In this document: in pieces, positions 8,076 through 19,554 of the stretch
Position numbering within the stretch: the first letter of the stretch is position 1
Layout of the letters: the number at the start of each line of letters is the position of its first letter
IMG/VR virus record: IMGVR_UViG_3300028410_000746
Origin: a virus
Taxonomy: Duplodnaviria > Caudoviricetes
Direction: 5' to 3' (one strand)
Length of the DNA stretch: 64,000 nucleotides
Made by a program: the position numbers and the translations under genes
Notes under the pieces: generated by a model
Database searches by the model: none
Told to the model about the DNA's origin: nothing
Seen by the model: only the letters and a program-made list of their open reading frames with translations

Positions 8076-11000
8076 TCAGGGGCAATCCGGGTCGATTCCC
8101 GGCGTCAGAGGATCACGAGTATCCGCGACCTCAATATCATCAGGCCGGGGGAGACGTCGCCCTCCCTGAACCAAGGGTCGACCCTCGATTCGGTACCGGT
8201 CGACGGCGTTGCTGCCCTCTCCCAGACCTGTCGGGTGGGTCTGTAGTACCAAATCCATAAACTCATTAGTGAGGGCCCCGGACGTGTCAAGCTCCTTGCC
8301 CAAACGCAGGCCCGTAGCGATCACGAGCTGAAGCTCGTCACCATAGCTGACCTGCCTCTCACTGGTCGTGACGCTCTGCTTCTGAACACGCACGAGCAGC
8401 GCAACCCCCAGGAGGGCTCCGCCGTGCATTGAGAGGTCCTCAGGGCGAGGCGAAGCGAGGTATCCAAGGTCCTTGGAGACGCGTGGGCCCGAGAGCGTCA
8501 TTGCGCCTCCAGGGTTACGACCACTGGCTACCGTCGCCGTGCCGCCACGGTAGGTGCGGTAGAGCAGGAAGTTCGGGTCGTACCCAGTAAGGGCTGCCGA
8601 GCCCGCCGCCGTACCATCCGAGAGCAGCAACGCTCCGTCAAGCCACGTCTTCGAGAGCGCGCGGTCGTAGCGGTAATCACCCGGCACGTCCAGAGATACG
8701 CCAGGAGTGAAGAAGCGCTCGGCAGATCGCCCGAGACCCTCTCCGAGGAAGTGTGCGTCCGAAGCGAGGATACCCAGGGGCAACCGCTCGGTAGCTCCCA
8801 GCATCTGCGCTCCCACGTAGCGGGCGATGGTCACTCCTCCAGCCGGAGCCGGGTGAGCACGAACCTTGGACGGGATCGGGGCGTCCGCAGCAGACGTGTA
8901 GGGGTAGGCGGCCAGCGAAAGGTAGCCCACGTCCGTGTAGCTTCCCGAGACCACCGGGCCCGAGAGCGCCCCGGTTCCCAGCGTCGTGACGAAGGGGAAA
9001 GAGGCTACGATCTCCACAACCCCAGGGTTCTCCACGCGCGCTTGAGATGGGTCCTCAAAGGGCTGCCCAAGCTGCGTGATCTGCGTGGGGTTCTCCGAGG
9101 TACGCTTGGGCACGTAGTCAAGCAGCTCCACGCTGCCCGTGTCCGTGGTCGAGATGGGCATGGTGCCGTAGATAGCTCCCTGGTAGGGGATACGCGTGGA
9201 GACGACCGAGATCTGGTCTCCCGCCTCGGCAGGTCCCGGTACGAAGAGCTGGTAGCTCCTGTCCGCTGTGCCTGCACCTGCCAAGCGATGCACGCGCGTG
9301 TAGTCCTGCGTCCAGTCGTCGAAGAAGAAGGCCGCGAACTCGAAGACGAGCGGGCTGTCCACCAGCTCTCCTCCCAGGTAGGACATGTCCAGGACGTCCT
9401 CCGGGATCACGAAGGTGTTGTTCTGCGTGATGATGAAGCTGCGGCGCTCTCCGTCCTCGCGCAAGAGGTTGTCACGCCCCACGCCCGAGTCCGTACGGAA
9501 CGGCGCTGCGGCCGTGTCCGAGAAGTTGGAGACGCCGGGGCTGTCCGTGTAGAAGTCCTCCTGCCTGTAGACGGCGAAGAGGCGCGCGATGCCGTAGTTG
9601 GCCGGGATCTCAATACCCCGCACTCCACCCGCATTGTAGTAGCGACACGCGAGCGCGTTGACACCACCAGGGCCTCCGCCCACGCCGGAGAGGTCGGGGT
9701 AGGTCCCGAAGTCTCCCAGGGTCAGGTTGAGCGGATCATAGACCGCCACGACCCGCTGCTGAATGAACGGGGCGTTGACCGACTGCGAGCCGGAGAGGAA
9801 CAGGTGGTTGATGCCGTACGCAGGAGCGGTCGATGTGGCCGTTCCTGCGGCGCGTGAGCGTACGAAGGGCACATCATGGCGTCCCAGTGCCCCTCGAAGC
9901 TCGCGAGGCACCAGAAGCGAATCTGAGCCCGGTGTGAGATTGAACAGGCCGGTCACGTCCGAGTAGCTGCGCGCCGAGGGGACCGGCTGTGGGTCCATGC
10001 GTGCCGAGATGTTACGCATCGGCTGGTAGATCAGCGTCTTCGAGCCGGGATCAACATAGGCCTCTCCCCATACCGTCTCGGGCGTCTCAGGCTCACGAAG
10101 CGAACGCACAGGAGTTTGAGCGTTGCGCAGGTGCGGGTACGACTCGCCGGGGAGCACGTTGGAGCGTCGAATGTTCGCGGTCGGGCTCGCTGCTTGGTTC
10201 GCGAACGTGTTCTCGCGCACGAAGAGTGACGGGGTGGCCGCGTCAAGGTCAACGTAGAGGCTGACCTCCGGAGAACGCGCCAGACCCTGGACCGGATGGT
10301 AGAGCAGGTCATGCGAGAGGTAGAGGGCCGAGTCGGTCGCGGCCGTACGGCCCGACGCCAGCGCGATGAACAGGCTGTCGTCAGTCTCCGAGCACTGCTC
10401 CAGGTAGAGACCCCAGGTACGGTTGGTCGTGCCGCCCGTATCAAAGCCGGGTGCTCCGCCGTCCGGGGTCTGAACCACAAGAGCACCTCCCGCCACGTGC
10501 CCTACGACCCGGAACGCGCCGTGGTTGAGGGGACGCGTCGAGGTAGGGTCAGTGCCGGGAGTGAGCAGCAAGAAGGCCCCCGCCTCCAGGATGGCGTCAA
10601 TGTCTGCGCTAAAGTCCAGGCTCACGTCTACCGTGCCCCCTGCCGGACCTTGAATCGACGTGGCCGAGTTGGCGAACGTGATCGCGGTCGTACCCGAAGA
10701 CGCGACCGAGAGGCCGTCAAGAGGCGTACCCAGGACCACGAAGTCTGGATCAACGTCGCCGCTGCTGGTCGAGTACGCGTCCCGACGATCAGGGTCCGCG
10801 CTATCCGGGTCCGTGTCCCCGTACCATACGCGCACGGGCGCGTGCGTGGTCCCGTCGTACTCGTAGGGATGGACGAATCGGACCTTCTGGTCGTTGACCG
10901 ACGCGAACGTGTTGCGGTACTGGTCCAGTGCGATGGCGACCACATCACGAGGGTTCCAGTTCTCGGCCGCCGCCGAATCCTGACGGAAGATGTCCACCGT

Positions 11001-12500
11001 CGGGTTGAAGGGGAGGTCCGAAGAGTTCTGAGTCGACCCGTTCGATCCCAGGACGACCAAGTTGTCCGGCTGGAGCACGCACGCATCCGAGAACACGCGA
11101 CGGAACCCGTCAGGAGCGTCCCCCTTGATCTGGAAATCAGGAGCGACGGCAGAGCCTCCGAGGTAGTCCACCTGGAAATGGCGCGTCCCCTTCACGCCTG
11201 CTGAGGAGCGCTTCCAGGTCGTCTGCATCTCTCCCTTGAGAACGCGGCCGAGGTTGTGCTTGAGGAGCCCGTCAAAGTCGACCGGGCCCATGCCCACGAC
11301 GTGTCGGAGATCGTGGATGTCGTCGGCCACGACCTGATCGCTGAACAGGCCCAGAGGGTGTCCAGTGACGTGGAGAATCTGTGCTCCGATGGCATGGTTC
11401 GTAGCCACGGTCCCACGGTCACCGCGCGTCGCCAGGGTCAGCGTGTTGCCTACATAAGACGTGTAGGCCATGACCTCGCCATCAACCTTGATCAGACCTC
11501 CGCCCGAGTTGAACGTCGTAGAGGACGCCACGGTGTCCACGCTCAAGGAGAGGTCAGTGGGTCCAACAGCTCCCGTCAGCGTGATCGTGGGGAGCACGCG
11601 CGCCTGAGTACGGTCACTGGCAGAGGGATTACGGTTGACCGCACCCGCCTGTGCCAGGGCTGACCAGTTCGCCGTCGAGCGGCGGAAGACGAAACACAGG
11701 GGGATGGCGTAGACGTAGCCGTCCACGGTGCCAAGGAGCCCGTTGCTTCCATCGCCATCACCCGCGCGCCAGAGGCCTGCATCGCCCAGCGTGTCACACT
11801 GGTTGGTGAACGTGTAGAGAGCGTTGGCCGAAGCCGTGGGCACGTCCAGCGTGCCTTGAGCTTTGATCTGCGCGTTGAAACCGAAGGGGTTGAGCGTCGG
11901 GTTCACGGCAGAGACAACACGCAAGCGGTACTGGATCTGTACGCGCTCCGTGGTCTCAATCCCGATGGCCGGGTCGAGGAAGTCCTGTACGGGGTTGGTG
12001 CCTCCGTACTCGACGTTGCCGTAACGCCAGACCGTATCCACGCCGGGCTTTGAGGCCGTGCCTGAGGGAGCGATCTGCGCCTTCCACACCTCCAGGAATA
12101 CGAAGTTGACGTCTGCGTCGGTGGTCGTGGCCTGAGGAGGCGGGAGCGTGATCGCGTTACGCGTGCCGACGTTCCCTGTCCCGATCACGGGAATCATCCA
12201 GCCGTTGACGTGGGCCCAGATGATGTCTCCGTCGTCCCCGGAGGTCTCCTTGCCCAGCCAGAACAGGTTCGAGGCCTGCGTGGACGTCTCGAAGTCGTCT
12301 GCGGCTCGGATAGGGTCCCCGATGAACCCGGAGGGGATGTTGGCCTTGATGAGCGCGCGGCGAGCCTCTTCGCTGATCTGAGAGAGCAGGTTCAGCTCCG
12401 AATCCAGCGGCGGCCGGTTCTTCTGAAAGACCGGCGAGAGGAAGTTGCGAGCCTGCGCGGTCAACGTGCGGGAGACGCCTTCTCCAAGAAAATCGGTCAT
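8076..12500 (-). CDS. Large virion baseplate/tail structural protein
   Basis: 1474 aa, G/T/S/D-rich; N-terminus (GVSRTL...VFQKNRPPLDSELNL...NGW) paralogous to 19555-22131. Confidence 0.7.
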   Translation of the reverse strand: MTDFLGEGVSRTLTAQARNFLSPVFQKNRPPLDSELNLLSQISEEARRALIKANIPSGFIGDPIRAADDFETSTQASNLFWLGKETSGDDGDIIWAHVNGWMIPVIGTGNVGTRNAITLPPPQATTTDADVNFVFLEVWKAQIAPSGTASKPGVDTVWRYGNVEYGGTNPVQDFLDPAIGIETTERVQIQYRLRVVSAVNPTLNPFGFNAQIKAQGTLDVPTASANALYTFTNQCDTLGDAGLWRAGDGDGSNGLLGTVDGYVYAIPLCFVFRRSTANWSALAQAGAVNRNPSASDRTQARVLPTITLTGAVGPTDLSLSVDTVASSTTFNSGGGLIKVDGEVMAYTSYVGNTLTLATRGDRGTVATNHAIGAQILHVTGHPLGLFSDQVVADDIHDLRHVVGMGPVDFDGLLKHNLGRVLKGEMQTTWKRSSAGVKGTRHFQVDYLGGSAVAPDFQIKGDAPDGFRRVFSDACVLQPDNLVVLGSNGSTQNSSDLPFNPTVDIFRQDSAAAENWNPRDVVAIALDQYRNTFASVNDQKVRFVHPYEYDGTTHAPVRVWYGDTDPDSADPDRRDAYSTSSGDVDPDFVVLGTPLDGLSVASSGTTAITFANSATSIQGPAGGTVDVSLDFSADIDAILEAGAFLLLTPGTDPTSTRPLNHGAFRVVGHVAGGALVVQTPDGGAPGFDTGGTTNRTWGLYLEQCSETDDSLFIALASGRTAATDSALYLSHDLLYHPVQGLARSPEVSLYVDLDAATPSLFVRENTFANQAASPTANIRRSNVLPGESYPHLRNAQTPVRSLREPETPETVWGEAYVDPGSKTLIYQPMRNISARMDPQPVPSARSYSDVTGLFNLTPGSDSLLVPRELRGALGRHDVPFVRSRAAGTATSTAPAYGINHLFLSGSQSVNAPFIQQRVVAVYDPLNLTLGDFGTYPDLSGVGGGPGGVNALACRYYNAGGVRGIEIPANYGIARLFAVYRQEDFYTDSPGVSNFSDTAAAPFRTDSGVGRDNLLREDGERRSFIITQNNTFVIPEDVLDMSYLGGELVDSPLVFEFAAFFFDDWTQDYTRVHRLAGAGTADRSYQLFVPGPAEAGDQISVVSTRIPYQGAIYGTMPISTTDTGSVELLDYVPKRTSENPTQITQLGQPFEDPSQARVENPGVVEIVASFPFVTTLGTGALSGPVVSGSYTDVGYLSLAAYPYTSAADAPIPSKVRAHPAPAGGVTIARYVGAQMLGATERLPLGILASDAHFLGEGLGRSAERFFTPGVSLDVPGDYRYDRALSKTWLDGALLLSDGTAAGSAALTGYDPNFLLYRTYRGGTATVASGRNPGGAMTLSGPRVSKDLGYLASPRPEDLSMHGGALLGVALLVRVQKQSVTTSERQVSYGDELQLVIATGLRLGKELDTSGALTNEFMDLVLQTHPTGLGEGSNAVDRYRIEGRPLVQGGRRLPRPDDIEVADTRDPLTPGIDPDCP

Positions 12501-12543
12501 GATCGGGTGCTCACTCTAGTGTGTAAGGGCCGTCGCCCCTACC

Positions 12544-13179
12544 TCAGTAGAGGAGGGCGAGCGACCCGATGTAATAGCGCTGGCCGGGCGTGCTGTTCTC
12601 AAAGCGTACTCGGAGCTGATTGCCGGACCCCGCGAGTAGCTCAGGGGTCAGGTGTGTCACCTGAGTATACGTCGCGCCATCATCATTGGATACAAAAACA
12701 TCAACAAGGTCTGGCTCGACTCGCTGATAGACCACCTCGGAGGTGCGCGTGCCCGTTCGCGTGAGCGTGTACAGATCCCAGTACACCGCGAAGTCCTCGA
12801 AGAGGCCGTCCGCCGAGACGTCAATCGTATCCGTCTGCAAGCGTCCGTTCTGCGCCCCTACTGGATCATAAGCCGCCAGGAATGCCCTGTAGACACCAAC
12901 ACCTCCCATGATGTCCGGGTCCGTGAGGTCCCAGACGCCGGCCGTATCCAGCTCATCGAAGAAGATGTTGGTGTAGCGAGGCGCGAGCGCCAGCAACGCC
13001 GCGAACTTCTGATCTCTCAGCTCATCGGAGTCAAAAGGGACCACCGACTCGTCGATAGAGAGGTCGTCCGGGACGTCAACCACACGAAAGCCCTGGACAG
13101 ATACGCCCGTGAGGCGGGAGTAGCTGGCCTTGATTTGAGAGGTCGCGCGGTCAAGCAGGTAGAACGGCATGGCAATCAC
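12544..13179 (-). CDS. Putative virion structural protein
   Basis: 211-aa beta-rich ORF between tail genes. Confidence 0.55.
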   Translation of the reverse strand: MIAMPFYLLDRATSQIKASYSRLTGVSVQGFRVVDVPDDLSIDESVVPFDSDELRDQKFAALLALAPRYTNIFFDELDTAGVWDLTDPDIMGGVGVYRAFLAAYDPVGAQNGRLQTDTIDVSADGLFEDFAVYWDLYTLTRTGTRTSEVVYQRVEPDLVDVFVSNDDGATYTQVTHLTPELLAGSGNQLRVRFENSTPGQRYYIGSLALLY

Positions 13180-13206
13180 ACCCTGTAGAAAGAGGAGAAG
13201 GAACGA

Positions 13207-16200
13207 TCAGGTGATCCAGTGCACGCTGGTCTCGATGAAGATGTCACCGGTAGAAGCGCCCTCGTTGAACTGAGTACCTCCCGAAGCCGGACGCACGAGC
13301 ACGTTGGCGACCTGGACGTTGTTCGTGAACGCCGCCAGGATCACCGCGTCACTGGTCGGAGAGCTGAAGGGGTACCCCTCCATCTGTCCACCCGTAATGC
13401 TCAGGTTCGCGTTCGTCCCGACCCCGGTGTTGTTGGTCTCCACAGCGGCGGTGCCACCTCCAGCTCCACGGAAGTAGCAGCCGGTGATGTTCACGCCGTC
13501 CATGAGACCGTCAACGTAGATGCCAGCTCCCACCGTATGCACGATCTGACAGCCCGTGATCACTGCCTGAGGCTCGTCTGCGAATCCTCCGTCCGTAGAC
13601 TCACGAATCCGGATGGTCGCCGTGGCTCCCGCTACCGCGTTGGTAAGCTGAGTACCCGTGATGCGTACGAACCCGCCCTCAACGTCCACGACCTCTGCGA
13701 GACCCGTGGCCCCTCGAAGCTGGCAGTTGCTGATCTGGAGCTGCGAACCGTTGGAATCCTGGAACGCGCGGATACGGCCCTCAATCGTGGAGTTGTCCAG
13801 GAACATGCGGCCCGCGTCGAGCGTGATCCGGCAGGACTCGCCCACTCCCGCGATTACGCCTTGAGCGATCTGCTCCTCAGTCAAGCCCGCGACGAACTTG
13901 CAGTCCGAGATGCGAAGCACCGTCCGGCTTGACGTGGAGCCACCCGAGATGCTCAGGTTGTTACCCGTACATCCCTGGAGAGTAAGCTCGCAACGATCTC
14001 CCAGGAGGAACGCATTGAGCGCGCTGCCTGCAAGCTGGTCGTCAATGAACTCACAGTCCGTGAACGACATGATCGCACCGTCGAGCCCGAAATTGCCGTC
14101 CACGATGCTGTTGGAGACGTCGTAGGTGAACTTGCACCCTCGCGCGCGCACACGCAGGGGAGCGATGAGGGTCGAGATGCCCTGCACGATCGAAGATGTT
14201 CCTCCATCAATCGTGCAGTCGCTCATGTCCACGTTCATGTTCACGATGCTCGTACCCGCCGCGCCGTCTCCGACGAGCCGGGAGTTGAAGCTGATGAACA
14301 CGCGCGTGTTGTTCATGGAGAAGCGTCCGTCCGCTCCCGAGAAATCGAACAGGTTGGTCGTGGGCCCCGTATCACTGCCACCCTGGAGCAGCGAGTCACG
14401 GATCACCATGCGGTTGTCACCGCTGACCCCAAACGTTACGAGACTTTGAGAGAACACGGAGACGAAGCGCACACGCTCAAAAACAGCCCTCGTATCCACC
14501 GAGAGGAACGTCGCGACCTGCTCGGGGACACCCAAGCTTTGCGCGAAGACGTCCAGGTCCCTCAAGGTCACATCGTCACTGCCCGCACCGAAGCTGCGGA
14601 AGATGTCAGGTGCCGTAGAGAGCGCCTGCGTGCCGAAGTTGTTCAGGATGAAACGGCCGTTACAGATCTCAACGTTCTGCGCGCCCTCATCGTTTGCGTT
14701 CGGGAGGTCGACGCTGCGACCCAGGACGAAGGGCCCAGTGCCCGCACCCCCCGTGTAGTTGGTGATCGTGAGGTCGTGACCTGCGAGGTCGAGCTTGATG
14801 TTAGAGGGGATGAAGACCTCATCCTCGCTGGCTCCACTAAGCGTGACGTCTTCCAGGAGACGGATCGTGAAGGCACCCAGCGGGTCCGGGTTGTTGTCCA
14901 CATCCTCCGGGTTGAGCAGCCCAACATAGGAGCACGCAGCGCGGAGGGTCTTGAACATCCCCTGAGCACCGACAGTCACTGCCGTGGTGTCGAGCACCGC
15001 AGACGAGAACCTGCGAAGGTCGTGCAGCTCCGAGACCGCAATAGACGCCCCGTCCCAGTCAACCTGAGCCAGGGGGATGCCCACGTTCGAGCCCCCCTCA
15101 AACGTCTCATCGAACGCGCCGTCAGTTGACACGATCGTCTCAACCTCCAAGGTGGTCACGTCAAAGTAGAAGAAGTACGTGCCGGCAGCCTCTCCCGTGA
15201 AGTCCAGGCTTGAGGCAACTCCGGTCGCAAACACGGACCCACCGCTGATCGCGAGGAGGGGATGCTTGACCACCACCTCGGTGACGTCTACCTGCGTCGC
15301 GGAAGCGAGCGAAGAGACTCCACCAGACACGACGAACTTCGGATACGCGAGGTTGCTCACCTGAGACGCGCCACGCAGGCTCGACTCATAAGGCACAGCG
15401 CGACCCGAGAGCGCACCTGAGATGCGCACGTCGGTCACGTCCGTCTCGATACCCTGGCTGGTCGTATCAAAGCTGAGCTGACGCTGGGGTGTGTTGGCGT
15501 AGCCCCACTCCTGTACGACCTGGATGGCGTCCACGACCGCGTTTGACGGGAAGCCAAGCGCCACGTGAGCGTTACCAAGACCAAAGTACAGCTCTCCAGT
15601 CGCCTGGATGCGTACACGATCTCCGGTCGCGTCTGTGATAGCCTCCGAATCGAAACGCTGAGGCGTCAACCCCAACGCGGTCTCGGCAGCGGTGTAGGCT
15701 GCCAGGAGGTCCCCGGCAAGATCTGCGGCCGAGGGCGCAGCTCCCGGTGCGATGGTGAACGAGAAGTCCACGCCGTTGGCCGTGATCTCGATGCCATCGT
15801 TGGTATCCAGGACCACGACGGGCCATATGCCATCGTTGGACGAGAGCGTCTGCTTGAGGCCCTCGCTCATACGCACGTCGTACAGGTTCGTACCGGAGAG
15901 CGTCGGACGAATCACCGTACCAGCCCTACGAAGCTCCGTATCGGCCAGACCCAGGGCCACGTCCGTGCGAACCGCTCGCGCCGACGTACGGTCACGTGAG
16001 AGCGACTCAAGGCGGACTCCCTGACCTCCGGCGAACGTCGAACCTGACTCCACCAGGAGACGCTCCTGTGGGGGCGTGTCATGGTAGATGTCGGCAGCCG
16101 ACGTGGAGGGCAAAGAGGCCTCCAGACCTCGCTCACCGACCTCCAGACGTACCTTTCGGTGACCACGGAACGCGTTGAGGCTCGGGTCGGTAGAGAAACC

Positions 16201-17565
16201 CTCGACCCCCTGAGCGACCTTGGGGAGTGTCTGCCCATCAAGTGCGGCAAAGACCGCGAAGAGACGCGGCGCGCCGTCGGCATCCACGTAGTTGTTGGGG
16301 TTGAGCTGCCCACCCGCTGCCGGGATCGGCGTAGAGAGACGCAACACGCCCTGAGGCCAGTCGACGAAGATCTGGTCGTCTCCCGCGCCGGCAGGGTCGA
16401 TGGTCAGGCCTTCCAGATCCGTAATCGGGTTTGAGAGGTCCGCCAGACCTCCCGCCGTGGCGGGATAAAGCGTGAGCCCGTAGCCCGGCGTGCCGGAGGT
16501 ACCTGAGAAGAGAGCCAGCGACGCAGCAACACCCTGTCCCACCATTTGAGGAGAGATCAGGCTCTTGACGCGGATCGTGTCCAGGATGTCTCCACCCTCG
16601 GCCTCGAACACGGAGTCTCCAAAGAACTCGGCGCGAGGGACAAAGGGGGCGCCTGCAAGCTCTCCCACCGTAAAGGCCTTCTGCACGGCGGAGGGCACTC
16701 CATCCTGTGCGCGCGGAAGCTCCACGCCAAAGAAGGGAGAGAGCACCACGTCCTCGACGTTGGTACCTCCCGGAGTGAAGGCCACGCTCTCCACGTAGTA
16801 GAACGCGCTGTTGTAGACGGCCCAATCACCCGCCGTGAAGGTCTGAGCGTCCGTATGCTCCGCGACCACGTTGAGACGACCCTCGGCCGTGATCGTGGCG
16901 GTTGCAGACGAGCTATCCATGGAGACCGAAGAGATCCTCACGGGCCACGAGTTCGGCTTACGTGCGAGGTACACCCGCGAAGCCGTCTCATCGCGGCCCG
17001 GCCACGGGAGCAGCTCGACGGGCTGAGCGATCACGACCTGCCAGTACACGTCATTGAGCGTACCCAGGACCGAGCTGTAGATGCGGTCGAGCGTGAGGTC
17101 TCCGCCCACGACGTTGGTGATCTCATAGGTGCCGACAACGGCCGACGCACTTGAGATGTTGGCGACGTTGGAGACCACCAGACGCAGGTTGGCCAGACCA
17201 AAGGTACCCGTAAGGTAGGTCATGTCTGCCAGATTCGTATTGAACAGGGACGAGCCGTTGTTGAGCGTACCCTCGGTACCCTCTGCGACCACGCGCGCGC
17301 CAAACACCTGCACCTGCTGGACCAGACGACGGTGACGCCTTGGTGCCGTGGCCGGTGCGGACTGAGCAAAGAGGGCGTAGTCGTCTACATCCCCCAGGAA
17401 GCGCACGTCGGCGCTCGCTCCCAGGAGGTCGCCAAGGTCATGAAGCGCGGGTGCGGGGATAGCTCCCGACATGAGCGGCTCATCACGAACGCTCAATGCG
17501 TCGTCTGTGCTCGTCTTGCCTTCAAGGGCCTTGCGAATGATGTCGTCGTTGAGGCTGCTAGACAT
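13207..17565 (-). CDS. Tail fibre/spike with C-terminal parallel beta-helix (possible depolymerase)
   Basis: 1452 aa; GAQGMFKTLRAA motif, then repeated ITGC/ISNC/ISDC/LQGC beta-helix coils. Confidence 0.7.
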   Translation of the reverse strand: MSSSLNDDIIRKALEGKTSTDDALSVRDEPLMSGAIPAPALHDLGDLLGASADVRFLGDVDDYALFAQSAPATAPRRHRRLVQQVQVFGARVVAEGTEGTLNNGSSLFNTNLADMTYLTGTFGLANLRLVVSNVANISSASAVVGTYEITNVVGGDLTLDRIYSSVLGTLNDVYWQVVIAQPVELLPWPGRDETASRVYLARKPNSWPVRISSVSMDSSSATATITAEGRLNVVAEHTDAQTFTAGDWAVYNSAFYYVESVAFTPGGTNVEDVVLSPFFGVELPRAQDGVPSAVQKAFTVGELAGAPFVPRAEFFGDSVFEAEGGDILDTIRVKSLISPQMVGQGVAASLALFSGTSGTPGYGLTLYPATAGGLADLSNPITDLEGLTIDPAGAGDDQIFVDWPQGVLRLSTPIPAAGGQLNPNNYVDADGAPRLFAVFAALDGQTLPKVAQGVEGFSTDPSLNAFRGHRKVRLEVGERGLEASLPSTSAADIYHDTPPQERLLVESGSTFAGGQGVRLESLSRDRTSARAVRTDVALGLADTELRRAGTVIRPTLSGTNLYDVRMSEGLKQTLSSNDGIWPVVVLDTNDGIEITANGVDFSFTIAPGAAPSAADLAGDLLAAYTAAETALGLTPQRFDSEAITDATGDRVRIQATGELYFGLGNAHVALGFPSNAVVDAIQVVQEWGYANTPQRQLSFDTTSQGIETDVTDVRISGALSGRAVPYESSLRGASQVSNLAYPKFVVSGGVSSLASATQVDVTEVVVKHPLLAISGGSVFATGVASSLDFTGEAAGTYFFYFDVTTLEVETIVSTDGAFDETFEGGSNVGIPLAQVDWDGASIAVSELHDLRRFSSAVLDTTAVTVGAQGMFKTLRAACSYVGLLNPEDVDNNPDPLGAFTIRLLEDVTLSGASEDEVFIPSNIKLDLAGHDLTITNYTGGAGTGPFVLGRSVDLPNANDEGAQNVEICNGRFILNNFGTQALSTAPDIFRSFGAGSDDVTLRDLDVFAQSLGVPEQVATFLSVDTRAVFERVRFVSVFSQSLVTFGVSGDNRMVIRDSLLQGGSDTGPTTNLFDFSGADGRFSMNNTRVFISFNSRLVGDGAAGTSIVNMNVDMSDCTIDGGTSSIVQGISTLIAPLRVRARGCKFTYDVSNSIVDGNFGLDGAIMSFTDCEFIDDQLAGSALNAFLLGDRCELTLQGCTGNNLSISGGSTSSRTVLRISDCKFVAGLTEEQIAQGVIAGVGESCRITLDAGRMFLDNSTIEGRIRAFQDSNGSQLQISNCQLRGATGLAEVVDVEGGFVRITGTQLTNAVAGATATIRIRESTDGGFADEPQAVITGCQIVHTVGAGIYVDGLMDGVNITGCYFRGAGGGTAAVETNNTGVGTNANLSITGGQMEGYPFSSPTSDAVILAAFTNNVQVANVLVRPASGGTQFNEGASTGDIFIETSVHWIT

Positions 17566-19542
17566 TTATCCCTCGATCAGTTCAATCTTGTAGAGCGCAA
17601 AGTCGCCACCTGTGGCGGCCGTCGAAGCATCTTCGATTCCAACCGCGAAGAAATACGAGTACAAGCCCGTCGCAGCGTTGAGCAGCGGGTACGAACCCAT
17701 GCGGAGCGTAAAGAGCACCGAATTGGCCGACTCTACCACGTAGTCTACAAGGGCACCACCGAGTTCCACGGACTGACCCACGTTTACGATGTTGGGCCCC
17801 GCGAAGAAAGACATCACCACACCAGAGGGTGAGTACGTCTCACGGCCCACGATCAGCAAGTCCTCACTCAAGTCCGCAGCGCCCGCCGTCGGGTTCCCGA
17901 CCACTCGAAGCTGGAAGTCCCTGGAAGGGGTCAGCATGCCAAAGGCTCGCAGGTAGTTTCGGTTGCCCGAAGCACCTGAATAGTTCGGCTGGGAGTTGCC
18001 ACCTGGAAGGTTAGGGAGGTGGTTAGTCGTGTAATCCGTGTCCGGGTACGCCAGCTCGCCACCCAGGCCCGTGATCCCCGCAGGAACGGGATGGCCCGAG
18101 GAGATGCCTCGAACCTGTAGCTCGGTAGCTCCCAGCGCAGCGGTGGGGTCAAAGGTGGACGAGGTGCCGCGAGGGTCGGGCGCGGAGGCGTTAGCCAGAT
18201 CAGCTCCCGAGTACCTCGTGACCTCATCCGCGAAGTTCTCCACCTGAGACCTACCCGCTGATGGAACATCTCCCGGCACTTGGTAGCCTGCCGCCGTGTG
18301 GACCAGCAACACGTTCGTGTCGGAGTTGGCTTGCGTGTCCTGACGACCAAAGGGGTCCGTCGCCTGGAGAGCTGGAGACCCTGCGAGCACCAGTCCCCCG
18401 GCGTCCGGGTTCAGGAACAGGCCCGCAGAAGCGTCGGAGCCCACCAGGATGGGGTTAGGCGAATAGTCGGTGTACGTCGGAGTCTGGACGGCGCCCTCGG
18501 TGTACTCAAGCGTGAGAGCCTCCTCAAGGAAGGAGTCCGCGTAGACACCCGTGACTTCGGCATCCCAGGCGAAGTCGTCCACCGGCCCATAGTACGTGAC
18601 GCCGCTGAGCACGCGCGGAGTCCCCTCTGCCGTGTCGAGTACGTTGTCCGGGGCCAGCGTGTGCGAGTTGATCACAACCGTGGTAGCCGTGTCCGCGTCA
18701 CGATAGAGCGTCTCGGGGAAGAGCTGGAAGTCCGCGAAGGACTCATAGGGGGCCGCCACCTTGTCCGCGAAGTAATCTGCCGAGGAGCGGTAATGTACCA
18801 GCTCCAACGCGCCGAGATCCCCGGAGGAGAGACCGGTATCTACCGAGATCACCACGCGCGCGATCTGGTATCCCGCATAAGCGACCGCAGCCGCATCATA
18901 CACCGGATCAGGTCCCGCGCCGAGGAAGGCGAAGCTTGCGCGCGTGTATGAGGTGAGCTGTGGGAGCCGGTCTGTCAAGGCGAAGCCAAGAGGGAGGCCG
19001 TCTACTGCCGCCTCGGCTCCGGGAATGAGCAGATCGTTTTGACCGACTACACGAGCCGGGACCGCAGAAGCCTCCGGTTCCCCCTCGGTGAAGACGTTTG
19101 AGAGGTTGATGGCCTGCACCACCACACCATCCAGCTTGACCGCGAGCACGCCTCGATCTGCCGGGTAGAGGATACCCGAGATCTCAAGCGCGTCCACGTT
19201 GATCACGCGGGCAAGGGTCCCTGTGGCGGTACCATCCGGGAAACGCCCAAGGACCGGCTCGGGAGAGTAGGACAGGGTAGACGGGTTGAGCGCGTTCAAG
19301 CTCTCATCAAGGCGATTAGGGCGAGGCTGGGGCGCCAGCTCGTTGATCACGTTGAGGTTGGTCTGGACATCTTGCCCCCCAAGGAGGGGAAGCTCGTCCG
19401 AACGTACGTTCTCCGCCAGGATGTCGGGCTGAAGGGCCGGGTCACCGGTGGCCGTGAAGTTGAGCGACGAAGCCGTGACCGACCCCTGACCGGCACGACC
19501 GGACCCTACGACGATCTGAGTTGGGTCTGTATTACGAGGCAT
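17566..19542 (-). CDS. Putative virion structural protein
   Basis: 658 aa, acidic, in the tail operon. Confidence 0.55.
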   Translation of the reverse strand: MPRNTDPTQIVVGSGRAGQGSVTASSLNFTATGDPALQPDILAENVRSDELPLLGGQDVQTNLNVINELAPQPRPNRLDESLNALNPSTLSYSPEPVLGRFPDGTATGTLARVINVDALEISGILYPADRGVLAVKLDGVVVQAINLSNVFTEGEPEASAVPARVVGQNDLLIPGAEAAVDGLPLGFALTDRLPQLTSYTRASFAFLGAGPDPVYDAAAVAYAGYQIARVVISVDTGLSSGDLGALELVHYRSSADYFADKVAAPYESFADFQLFPETLYRDADTATTVVINSHTLAPDNVLDTAEGTPRVLSGVTYYGPVDDFAWDAEVTGVYADSFLEEALTLEYTEGAVQTPTYTDYSPNPILVGSDASAGLFLNPDAGGLVLAGSPALQATDPFGRQDTQANSDTNVLLVHTAAGYQVPGDVPSAGRSQVENFADEVTRYSGADLANASAPDPRGTSSTFDPTAALGATELQVRGISSGHPVPAGITGLGGELAYPDTDYTTNHLPNLPGGNSQPNYSGASGNRNYLRAFGMLTPSRDFQLRVVGNPTAGAADLSEDLLIVGRETYSPSGVVMSFFAGPNIVNVGQSVELGGALVDYVVESANSVLFTLRMGSYPLLNAATGLYSYFFAVGIEDASTAATGGDFALYKIELIEG

Positions 19543-19554
19543 GAGAGGCTCCTA